Below the pieces are notes generated by a model, which did no database searches, was not told the DNA's origin, and was given only the letters and a program-made list of their open reading frames with translations. A program made the position numbers and the translations under genes. 64,000 nucleotides of DNA from Iphione sp. A-MEVVRFRX5 (Eukaryota). The stretch lies in the NCBI GenBank assembly GCA_976226885.1, contig OZ320313.1:45880001-45944000 (forward strand). Reading direction: 5' to 3'. Shown here piece after piece: positions 26,145-37,525 of the stretch (positions are counted from its first letter, which is position 1; the number at the start of each line of letters is the position of its first letter).

Positions 26145-26749
26145 GTATACATCATTCCTGCTTTCTACCATATTTGCCCCTGCCCGTGTGCTTATGTTCA
26201 CATCAACATTAAAGAAGTTCAGTTTACTTCCCCTGAGTGATGATAGTAAAGTATGACTCTGGGAAAACACTAGACGGCGCCACAGTAGCAAATCAAATTG
26301 GGAAAATAATGCCACTAGGTGGCAGAACACCCGATAAAATCGGAAGGCTTATGAATGCCAAAAACATTCTTTCTTCCCTTTGGGAGGAAAAGACGAGACG
26401 GGGTCGCCACTGCATTTAATAAATCATGAAAAAAGCTATGTTCCGGGTTCAACCAGTTACTACACACCGTTAAAGGACCCCATTTCATTTGTTTACTACA
26501 ATGTCAGTCAGGGCTGCCAAGCTGAGCATACTTCAATAAGGGTGCTTGTCAGATTTTCATCAGCCTTTGGGTAGATTTCATTCAGAGAAACCTTATACTA
26601 GCATAGACCCTTAACGGAGTGGTGAAAATGTCAACCAGTTCTGATGCAACTATCAATATATGCATTCGTAGAATTGTTTTTATAATATATCTAATCCTGA
26701 AATGATTATACTCTGTGTTGGCACAATAGAAACATAGTATCTGTGTTCC

Positions 26750-27206
26750 TTTGATATGGGCATTGCCTTTGTGTTCTCAGAGTGGGACCATGGACCAGAA
26801 TAATGTGCACATGGAATTTAGCCCCAGGTCCATTGTCCAGACATCCATGCGTATGTGATCCGTCTTGAAAACCAGACACACCATGCCCTACAGTAGTTTG
26901 CATGTACTGTAGGAGTGCAAAAATCCAGGCGTACCAGTTGTGAGATACAAGAGAGGGTGAGAGGGTACAGCAAAGTCCAAATGGGAAAGAATGGTGGACA
27001 GATTCCTAGGTTCCATGAAAAAGATTCCAGCTGAAACCATAAAGCATGGGATGCACTGAAGACATGGAACAGAGTGATATGCATGGTTAATGGAGGCCCG
27101 TAGCCAGGGGGTATCGGGGGTATCATCTGATACTCCCCAAGAAAGAGGAGTTCCACCCGGTTCCACCTCGATAGGCCTATAGCCAAGGGTGGGGAGAGAG
27201 AGAGAC

Positions 27207-27270
<64 letters not shown>

Positions 27271-27355
27271 CAGAGAGAGAGAGGAAGGAAGACCTCTCTA
27301 AACAGGAGTTTGACCTCTCTAGGCCTATATAGCCAAGAGTGTATCATGAGAAAGA

Positions 27356-27395
<40 letters not shown>

Positions 27396-27950
27396 GACCT
27401 ATTTAACCATGAGTTCCACCTCTCTAGCTAAGAGTTCCACCTCTCTTATTTGAGATACCCCCACAAGACTTCCTGGCTACAGGCCTGTAATGTTACCAAT
27501 TAGGGCCATGAAGGAACCTATCAGTAAGAGGTCTGTTGCATCCCGAACAGAGCTGTAGAAAAAGGGCGTATGGCATGACAACATGGTATTGATAATAGAA
27601 CAGCCAAGGAGGTGAAGACAGGCTGTGATGGACCAGAGGCCACAATCTGGCTTGAAAATAGCACCCACCGAATATATGCAACGGGAAGCAGATGTTCGTA
27701 AGATGATACCAGCCTTGAGCTCCTGCTGTAGGAGTGTGCACGGTGGGGAGAAACGTGGTTATCAAACGATGAGTGGTAATTTTTGTAAGGATAGGCTGTA
27801 TTACACTTATCATTAATAATGTCGAAACCAAAGGTCACTCCTTGCCAGAGAAATGTAGTAAGGTCTGTGGGCAGGTGCCGGTTAAAACAGCTACGGACCA
27901 ATCTTCAAGTGGAAAGGAGTGTAAGGATACCTTCAATATAGTAGATACAA
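26750..27950 (-). mobile_element. Ngaro/DIRS-like retrotransposon reverse transcriptase remnant, interrupted by a MITE
   Basis: Minus-strand translation TFLWQGVTFGFDI...ELKAGII...GAIFKPDCGL...CSIIN...YSSVRDATDLLLIGSFMALIGNI|NHAYHSVP...FPFGL matches the RT pattern of YR retrotransposons. The frame is restored when the 27093 MITE and one TSD copy are removed. Confidence 0.72.
27093..27487. mobile_element. MITE, same family, 395 bp, 5-bp TSD TAATG, internal (GA)n arrays
   Basis: Left GAGGCCCGTAGCCA, right TGGCTACAGGCCTG, TAATG at 27088-92 and 27488-92. Interior has (GA)n tracts and agagttccacctctct repeats. Confidence 0.88.
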
Positions 27951-28450
27951 GAACAGGAGCCTCGAAGACATCCAACGCAGATTGGGATGAACGCAAAACC
28001 GCCCAACCACCTCAAAATTCCTGAATCAAGTCATCAGAGCTAGTTCAGGTTCTGCATCCATAGAAAACCTTTATCTACAGTGTTTGTGCCCTGATATGTC
28101 CTCCTTCATTGCCTTTAGACTTCAATAGTTGGATCCATATCAAAGGCGAAATGAGTATGAATAGCATCTTTGTCCCCGAAACAAATGCAGAGGGACCTTT
28201 TTTCTTAGTCTTTACACAGAGTGCAACGTCATATTTCAAAAAATATGAAAAACGTTTCAAACAAATTGGCTACATCCGAGGCCACCTCCATAGATGGTGG
28301 AGATCTAACAAGATTTTTCACTTTCAACATACGTGATTAAGTGGAATGTTCATGGTCAGATGACCAAAATACTGCAGTGGCCACTGTGTGGCTGGTTGTG
28401 TGGCACATGGCTTGCAGCATGTGGATTATGGCACGTGGACTGTGGATCTA

Positions 28451-28900
28451 CAGGCCCGAAGCCAAGGGGGTATCGGGGGTATCATCCTATATCCCCAAGA
28501 AAAGCCAGGAATTCTACCTTTCTTAGCCTATAGCAAAGGTGTACCATGGGAAAGAGGGAAGCAGAGAGATTGAAAGAAAGAAAGAGAGAGGTGAGAGAGA
28601 AAGAGGGAGAGGGANNNNNNNNNNNNNNNNNNNNNNNNNNNNNNNNNNNNNNNNNNNNNNNNNNNNNNNNNNNNNNNNNNNNNNNNNNNNNNNNNNNNNN
28701 NNNNNNNNNNNNNNNNNNNNNNNNNNNNNNNNNNNNNNNNNNNNNNNNNNNNNNNNNNNNNNNNNNNNNNNNNNNNNNNNNNNNNNNNNNNNNNNNNNNN
28801 NNNNNNNNNNNNNNAGTTCCACCTCTCTAACTAAGAGTTCCACCTCTCTAGCTAAGAGTTCCACTTCTCTAATTTAAGAGACCTCCTGGCTACGGGCCTG
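28451..28900. mobile_element. MITE, same family, 5-bp TSD ATCTA, spanning an assembly gap
   Basis: Left CAGGCCCGAAGCCA, right TGGCTACGGGCCTG, ATCTA at 28446-50 and 28901-05. Confidence 0.85.
28615..28814. other. Assembly gap (200 N) inside a GA-rich microsatellite
   Basis: Run of N. True length unknown. Confidence 1.
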
Positions 28901-30238
28901 ATCTAGGATCCAGGAGGATGGTTAGGGTGCATGCGGTGTGTGTCACGAGCCTGACGTTAGGCGTGATTTGATAATCTTGCCCATCCTATTCCGTACTCTA
29001 CTCTGCCCGGCCGTATCACACTTTACATGACCAAGTCTGCAAATCTACGTCAGGTGGCAGTGCAGGCAACTAAGTGCGATCTAGTGCCATCTACCGGAAT
29101 GGCGGTGGGGTTTAACGGAAGGTGTAGCCTATAAGACTGTCAGACTGCACCACTTGAACCTGGTATTCACAAACCTATGTACGTACGTATGTGTATGAAT
29201 ACAGGCATACGCATGTCAATTATATCTATCGATTAACCCTTTAATGTTTATGAGTAATACTGCAATTCCCAGATACACTGCTAATCACCAGAATTTAATG
29301 CGATTGTAGTTTAACATTAATATTTATCCGTAAATGTCTATCATTAATTTTGGTGTGTTCTCTCAGAAGGCAACATTCTATCGGCAGTATGCAAGGTAGA
29401 ATCGAGAAGGAAAATGTTTTCAGACATGAATTTCAGATACAGGCTAGTGTCTCAATTCAATGAGCCCTGTAAAAATAGTTGATGTTTGTGCCCATATTTT
29501 CATTTGCAAGAGGAGTTAATGATACATGCATTTCGATTCTTATTGTTTTTTATACTCAGCATGACCTCTGGCATTGATTCATGGGGGGGGGGGGCAGATG
29601 TTCTGGTAAGCTTTACAAACAGGATTTATACAGTAATGCTTCATTATACGGATTCCATCTGTTTTAGGCATTATAATAATGGACAAAAGCAAAGGGCATT
29701 TAGTTGCTAAAATATACTTACTTTTAATGAATAAATCCGCTTTAGGAATATCTGGATAGAGACGTCTGATTGTGCAGTCATGCATACCTCCAAAACATAC
29801 AAGCCAGATTTAGAAAACAGTTAAAACCTTCATTGTGTTCCTCGGAAATAGACATCCTCCTTCCAATGTGAATTTTGACCTGATGGTCAATGTAGAATTT
29901 GAATACAGAGGATATTCGAAATCAGAGTGATCACCGTTTCTGTCGGAATCATTTGGATTTCAGAAAATTCGGCTTTTGAAAAGTGGCCTTAGGCCACTGT
30001 TGTTTTCAATCAGTTAAGTGGGGCCCCAGGCCCTCAACACCTGCCATACCTACAAAAATAAAATAAATCATATAATGAATTTGAACTGTTCTAAACCTGA
30101 AATAATGGAGAAAAACCCCATAAACTTACTTTTGACCATGCAAACCTACAGAAATAAATTAAAGCATGTAATTAATGTCAACTATTCTAAACCTGAAATA
30201 AATGGAGAACAAACTCCTGCAAAAGAAAAAAAATATAA

Positions 30239-31400
30239 TTAATATAAATGATATTCTAAGCCTGAAAAAATCATGTAATTAATGTAAACTATTCTAAACT
30301 TGTCTAGGGTCTCCTGAACAAGTCTGCAATGGTCTCCTGCTAGCACTTCTTCACTGCTACCATCTGTCTTCTCCAGGATAGCCTGAAGAGAGGATACAAT
30401 GTCGGTGTTGCCTTGGTCCTCCAAGAATGATACAGCCCAGTCCAGTCCTTGCCTCACTTGTTTGATATTAACAGGCTCCACATCCTGCTCCTCTTCTTCC
30501 TCCTCCTCTTCTTCTTCTGCCTCTTCCCTCTTCTGCTTGACTACCAGCTGGATGATGCTCTGATCATCCAGCTCTTTCTGATGTAGACTCCTGGGACTCA
30601 CAGGACACATAATCATCTGATCCTGTGTCCTCTCCTTGCTTTTCCTGGAGGTCTTGGAGCAGTGTCCTGAGCTGTGAGAGTGGGGTGTTTTCTTCTACCT
30701 CTCCTCCTCTTCATCTGTAGCTGGACTGATGGTATCTGGATTGGTTTTTAACATTTGGCAATGGTGGTACTGGTGAGAGCTTGCCATGCCTCATGAATCA
30801 TTAGGATAGCCTTCCTGACCAGGCCCGTAGCCAAGGGAGTATCGGGGGTATCGTCCGATACCCCCAGAGAAGCCAAGAATTCCACCTCTCTAAGCCTATA
30901 GCACAGGTGTATCATGAGAAAGAGGGAGAGAGAGAGAGAGAGTGAGAGAAAGAGAGAGAGAGAGAAGGTGAGAGGGAAAGAGGGAGAGGGAAAGAGCAAG
31001 GGAGAGAGAGAGGGTGAGAGAGAGTACTGGGCCTTGAAAGAGGCAATGATGCCTCCATTCAGGGGCTGCAGATGACTGGTGGTGTTTGGAGGCAGGTTGA
31101 TGATTTTGAGGTTCTTGTAGTTCTGGGTTGTCTTGTGGTTGGCTGCAGTGTCACAGAGGAGGACTTCTCTATCACAAAGGGCCTGATCTCAGTTCCTGTG
31201 GCATTATAGCACAAGGCTACAATCAGCCTGTCCTTGGATCACTTCTCACCCTTCACACACCCTGTGGCAAGTGTGGATAATGGTTTGAGTCTGAAGAAAA
31301 GTCCTGACTCATCTACATTAAAGATGTCATCAGGATCATATCCTTGTAGGAGTGTCTTGATGTCTTGCCTGCCTTCCTCTACAACCTGGAAATATCGTTT
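30239..31400 (-). mobile_element. Second decayed pogo/Tigger transposase, internally deleted and interrupted by a MITE
   Basis: Manual translation gives YDPDDIFNVDESGLFFRL, KDRLIVALCYNATG, LLCDTAANH...NLKIINLPPNTTSHLQPLNGGIIASFKAQY, VRKAILMIHEAWQALTSTTIAKC and an acidic C-terminus ending QETLDKF. Confidence 0.88.
30820..31025. mobile_element. Truncated fourth copy of the CAGGCCCGTAGCCA MITE
   Basis: Left TIR CAGGCCCGTAGCCA at 30820 with the same interior. The right TIR is absent and the adjacent pogo coding segment is missing, consistent with a later deletion. Confidence 0.8.
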
Positions 31401-32161
31401 GGATTTGGGGAAATTCGGTTTTCAAATGTTTGGTTTTGGAGTCACCTCTGAATAAAAATGCACTCTTTACCATCCTCTAAAGAGTACATAACCATTCAGG
31501 ATGCAAGCGTCAATCAGGTGGAATAATAGGAACTGGTCTGGCTTTCAGGATTATTCTAGTCACTAATTCTTAAATGTACAAGGTGAACTCTATATTTATA
31601 TAGATACTATATTAATTGTCGTCACGTGTGACTTGTGCTGATCATCAGGAGTCTTCAAATTTTCATGAGCCATCACATATCCATTACTCTTGTGGAGGAT
31701 GGAACAAATGAAATATCCCTCCAATTTTGACATAATATGTTACTACACTACCCTTGTAAAACGTTGCCTGAAAGTCGGTCCCCGTGCGGGCATCTCGCCC
31801 AAATATTACCTTAGTTGGTTACTATGAGGCTCCCAATTTATGGCATTTGAATGGTGTTTCCTGGAATGGATATTTAATATATGAAGTGTCTTTAACAATG
31901 GTAATATTTCACAAGTATACTGTGCACAATTTTCTGGGTTGACTGTAGGAATTTTATAATTTCATGCATGGCCCCCTGACGTACCCTACACGTTAAGGTG
32001 ACCAGTTTACCTCCATTACTGGGGAATCTCGCTGTTCTGACATCAGAGGGACCAATAATTTTATTGAATTCTGTCTAGAATAAGGGATGGTTCCAGAAGC
32101 CATAGCAATAAATACGCATGTATATGTATATATACTCCATCATTGAGTCCACAGTGCAGCC

Positions 32162-32307
32162 GAAACCCTATTTGCGACCACATCGACTTGCGACCATTAC
32201 CTATTTGTGACCACCTGAGGTGGGACCTAAAATTTTTATATCTATACAGTTGGTCCCCTATTTGTGACGAAATGGTGGTCCCAAGTGGTGGTTGCAAATA
32301 GGGTTTC
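32162..32307. mobile_element. Small MITE (pogo/Tc1-mariner-like)
   Basis: Inverted repeat GAAACCCTATTTGCGACCAC (32162-81) / GTGGTTGCAAATAGGGTTTC (32288-307), with internal tgcgacca/tgtgacca subrepeats. Outer termini are degraded. Confidence 0.65.
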
Positions 32308-34461
32308 CTTTTTATATATCCACAGTGATTGTCTGGTTGTCTACTGACAGACGTTTGACTGTATATGACACCTTTGCTGTCACTGGCAAAGTGCAAATAC
32401 CAAACGTGATTGTCTTGATTGAAATATGCTTTGTCACCACATTTTGCCTTCTCTTGCCATGTTTTAGCCAAATGTTTAAGTCATATTTGTCCTTGAGTAG
32501 CTTTAGAGATAGGGAGAACTCTGGAAAAATAAACATTCTGAGAGTGTTTCTCATACACAAAGATTATGTAGTATGACCAGTGCCACTTATCAAGGAAACA
32601 TTTTCTATCAAATATGTCCCAGCGATAATTTAAGCGTAATCATTGTCTATATAGACTGCATGTCTTTTTTGGAGATGTGTGCTAATTATATTGAAACACA
32701 AACATTTTTAAATCTTATGACATTGTAATACATGTGTATACACGTATATCTGAGCCACGGTATCTAACCTAGGTATACCACCCATTGTAATTATGGACTC
32801 AAGTTGTTGTTCTGTCTGCTCAGACTGGTTTCCTTAAAGGTTTTCTACGAATAGAGACCAGAACACTGTGTTATTTCTGTTCATGCTTATATGTATTGAT
32901 GTCCATATGGCATATTTGCCGAATATAATCTATTAATTGTCTTTAACACCCTTGATCCCTCCGCATAGGATAGATTACCTAACAAAGGTTTGACATAGAT
33001 CCATGAGCAGATGCTTGTCACTCGGTAGGGGCAGTCAGTCTACAGAACGATCACGGCCTAAATGCGACCGGTTTGGCACAGACGTGTATTGACTCAACTT
33101 TTATACTACGAACTCTGGAAAGAATAGAGCATTTTCACATAAGCTAAGACAGCAATTTCTTAAATTTAACATATACATACTCTTCTGATGAGTTTGAAAT
33201 CTAATTTAACGTACATTTCGATTTTTTGAAGAGTTTTAGTACCAGAGCATTATGCTCACCACAAACAAGAAGTAACATATTTTCCATCCACTGCACTAGC
33301 ACAGTCATTTAGTGGATCAGACATACATCGTATGCCTAATTTTGAGGTGAAGCTCTGTGTAAACATGCTGTTGGTAAATGGAAAAATAAAGAATCAACTG
33401 AAAACCCTTCTAGAATGTATAGGGATACTGTAGCCATCGTTATCAGAATGGTGATAATGTAAACTATTCATAAAAGATCCCCTGAGCCTAGCTTCACACC
33501 TCAGGGAAGGACTGTGTCCTTCCCCTTGGTGCGAAAGTAGGGTCAGGTCATCTTTCACTCATAATCCAATTAATAGACCTGGTAAAGTTGAAGGAGTCTA
33601 TAGCCATAGACAGTTCTGAAGTGATTGTCTTAACATACCTTCTCCCAAAAGTGGAGCTGGTGCGTGTGTAGGTATGAAACTGAGTGTCTTTGGATCAGCA
33701 TCCGGATCATCATATGTTGAAGCACATGTATTTTCCATGGTCAAATAGTTTGTCCAACTAACCTTCGTCATTGTGGCTAGGATTTGAATCTCTACAGGTT
33801 TCATCATTGATCAGTAAAAAAACATTGCATTTTTACATAGATAAACATGTACCCATTTTGGTTCATTACACTACATTACACCACATGTTTCGTGTTAATA
33901 TGATAACATGATAAAAAAACCGGGCAAGATTGACTATCAGTATGAAAACGATTTGGACCTGAACTCAGTAAAAGCTATGTTACTTTCGTTTCATCACATT
34001 TGACATGATGTGGCCCATTCGATAGCTCATTATCAAGTTCTCCTTCTCTTAATGAGATCCCTTGAATATCATAATTCCCCGGAACGTTTTTTCCTAAATC
34101 CAATTACCAAAATAAATAGCCCAAGACCTGCCACAGCTGAGAGATTATAAGTGCGACACAGCACATCAGAATTGTTTTCAGTTTTGAATTCGCAAGATAG
34201 CAGAATCTTTAGATTACACAATAAATTATTACCTTTATCATTGAACACAAATATCAGGATAAAAGAGTCAACTGTTGTATCTTAAGTGTTATCCTGCTAT
34301 ATCATGCAGGTAATTGTGCATAGTTTCAAATGGCCTGAACCTTTAAAGGGTTAATAATTCAAAGTACATGTACATCTAAACATACATATGGCAACCAAGA
34401 ATTTAACATTATATATTTCTTCTGTGCTGCTTAGTTATGCTGTTATATATATGTAGAAACT

Positions 34462-34462
<1 letters not shown>

Positions 34463-34506
<44 letters not shown>

Positions 34507-34540
34507 AGAGAGACCGAGACAGAACGAAAGAAAGAGAGAG
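34463..34540. repeat. (GA)n microsatellite
   Basis: Directly visible. Confidence 0.95.
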
Positions 34541-35263
34541 CTAAAGGAGGACGCACAGCAGAACAGGGCAAGAAAGGTGCGTAAGCTTTCCTTTAAAATG
34601 ATGCATGAAAACTAAGCATATCTTATCTCGAGGGCATTTTCTTTCTTTCCTTGCCTGGTGCTCACGGAGCCAGAGGTCGTTTTTCTGTATTACTCGCTAG
34701 CTTATCAAAGATTCTTTTTCCTGTGATTTTAGCCCCCTCCTCCCCGTGTCCTTCCATATACAAACATGGCATACAAACTGAAGAGATGCACATGCTCTGT
34801 GTGCCATCAGATGTGATGCCTGTAGCCATCATACCTGATCGTGTAAAGGTTGAAATTTGCATAGGGAATACATTTACCAAGATACCTATGTGAAGGAATT
34901 ATAATACAGGTAGAATGTACTCCTTTTCTGAGACATGCATTATTGAGAGAATACCACATTAGTGTGCAGATACCAATGGCTATTCAAGCTTAGCCCAGAT
35001 ATCCCATGTGAATCGCATCTGATTATGAGAATAGTGTCTGCCCCTGCTAAATCAGAAGGATTTTAAACGGGCCAAATGAATCCATACCCTCTATACCAGG
35101 AAAGCCCTTTTAAACCTTATTCTTATGTTCATAACTACTTGCCCACTTAGACCCTGGTTTGGAGTCTTCTAGCTAATGAGCAGCATAACTTGAAAATAAC
35201 TTGATGCAACACTTCAACTGTTATGTTGTTTATTCGATGAGTGAAATCATAAACAAAGAATAA

Positions 35264-35824
35264 GGCCCGGTTCCTATATGTGCCTTTGTATGCATTTGTA
35301 TGTGTTTCCTTTCATGTGCATTTCCCGCCCAGGAGCTCCTGTATGTTCACACAGACCTGGTTTCCATACCTGCGGGAAACCCAATGGAAAACTAGATGAG
35401 AAACCAGCAAAATTGATAGGGAAAAGTATAAAATTCGATCAATTTGACAATATAAGTGCTAAAAACCAGTGAAATTGATGAATAAAGGAGGACAAATCAT
35501 GAAATTGATGAAGAGAGCTCTAAAAGCCAGTGAAATTTATGCAAAAAAGTATGGAAATTAACGAATCTGACAAGAAAAGTGGTTAATACTGGGAAAAATT
35601 GATGCGAAAATGAAAAAGAAAGTGGCAAATGTGATGGGGACTTGAGGACATGAACAGAATCATGTTTTTACTTACAACATAGCCTTTGAGGGGAGAAAGC
35701 GCTTGCATTCCCTTGTATTTGTGTGTTTGTAATTTGTACATGAAATTATTAAACATGTTCAATAATGAATAACATGAAGCACCCCAATGCACACATGCAC
35801 AAACACAGGTAAGGAAACTAGGCC
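35264..35824. mobile_element. Non-autonomous Harbinger/PIF (Tourist-like) MITE, 561 bp, TAA TSD
   Basis: TAA|GGCCCGGTTCCTATATGTGC ... GTAAGGAAACTAGGCC|TAA. The left end is similar to the Harbinger end at 57490 (GGCCCGGTTTCCTTATGTGC...TTGTATGC). Confidence 0.82.
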
Positions 35825-37345
35825 TAAATGAGCACAATTTACATCTCAAGCCTTAAGGCATAGACATGCATTCCCTGCTACTAAAACATTACTACAACTT
35901 AATGTGTTCTAGTCAATATTATGTCCGACCAAGAACCAATAGTAAAGAAAGCAATCTTAGCCGCAACCAATATATGTTGTCCCCGATGCCTATGATAAAG
36001 ATAGCAATTTAGAGACATTCCCAATTTAAGATGCCACAGGGAGTCATAACGGGCTATTTACTCCTCCAAATTATGATCAGTGATGTACTGATAACAGCTG
36101 AGGGGACTGGCGGTTGTATTTTTATGGGATCTACGTCAGTGTGTGAATGAATTAAATACCCAGGCACTCTCTGTAATAAAAGCTTTTTTGTCCATAAACG
36201 AAAGCTACTTACAATTCTTATTAATCTTACTATTATAATTATTGGCTTTACTTTCAGCAAAGCAGATTAATGCAGACATTTAGAAAAGTTGAAAAGGTGT
36301 CATGATTACTAGTATTAATGAAACATTGTAATTATTGGAGAAACTATAACTTAATCTGGAAACCGTAGAAAGGGTGATAAAATTCGAGTAACATCCGGAC
36401 GGCTTGGTGACTATAAAACCCTTCTGTTAGTAACTCGCACAATTCAGCTGTTTAAGTCTGTTGTAGTTCATCTAGAGCTGCGACTGTTTCTGTTAATTGG
36501 CGCTGCCCAAGTGACAAAAAAACAAATTACAAGCATCAGTTAACAAGGTAATTTAAGTGTCTCTTTTGGCTTGTGCAGATTATGATAAATACAAAACTGC
36601 TGACCTTTGGAGGATGGTATGGACCATATTTCTAAATGGCGAGGCCTAGCTTAAGCAATGAAAGGACAAATAAAAAAAATAAAGATTTGTAGAAATACAT
36701 ACAGCCTACTGACACTGTGTTCCCTTTTGTAGCAGGACTAATACAAAAAAACAGGTGACAAAATATCTCTTGCGTTGAAAGAAATGATATTGTGTCAAAA
36801 GAAAACTTAAACCTGTATAAATGGTAAAAAGGATATGTGAAAGGAAGGTCTGAAGCTGATGATTTGTGTTCTCGTTCCTCTTCGGGTCCCTTATATACTG
36901 GTTTTACGCACATGAATCCATTCCACACCACAGGAATAAATAACACATGATTCGGCAACCAGTGCTTGTAAATGGATAATTTCAATCCACAAATTTTAGG
37001 AGAACAGTTGAGTCATTTGCATATATTAACAAATCACCATCGGACTGTATTTTTTCTATCGAATACATCTACTTAATTATATTGGCTTGAAGCATGAAAA
37101 ATTACATTATATTCATAAAATGAGGTACTTAGGTGTGGAAGCTCTTATTTCCAAATATTCCCTGAAGTGCTTTCCCCATGGAGACGAATTATCCACATGC
37201 AAATTGTGGCATGATGCATGCTGCCCAGACCTGCCCACAACAGGTGGCGGGGTCTATCCCCATGTATGAGAACTATACACACTCCCTTTCTTGAATTTCA
37301 AAGAATGTAAAACATATGTCAGTTCTTAAAATTTGCATAAAAAAT

Positions 37346-37525
37346 CTTTTTGTTGAAAGAAGTAAATAATCTGTGGAAATTTTGAGACTTTTTGTTGAAA
37401 GTGGGCCATATCAGTGGAACATTTAAGGCTTTTTGTTGAAAGAGGGACATGTTGGTGAAAATTTTGTGACTTTTTGTTGAAAGTGGGCCATATCAATGGA
37501 AAACTTTTTTGGCTTTTTGTGCAAA
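37346..37525. repeat. Minisatellite of about 41 bp, 4-5 units
   Basis: ctttttgttgaaag recurs at about 37346, 37388, 37429 and 37470, and partially at 37513. Confidence 0.85.

Noticed and set aside
26312-26325. CTCF-like motif CCACTAGGTGGCAG (another near 29082-29098 on the minus strand)
   Set aside because: A few matches are expected by chance in 64 kb and one lies in decayed TE-like sequence. No support without ChIP or conservation data.
28523-28877. ORFs of about 110 aa
   Set aside because: They span the N gap and GA repeats, so they are artefacts.
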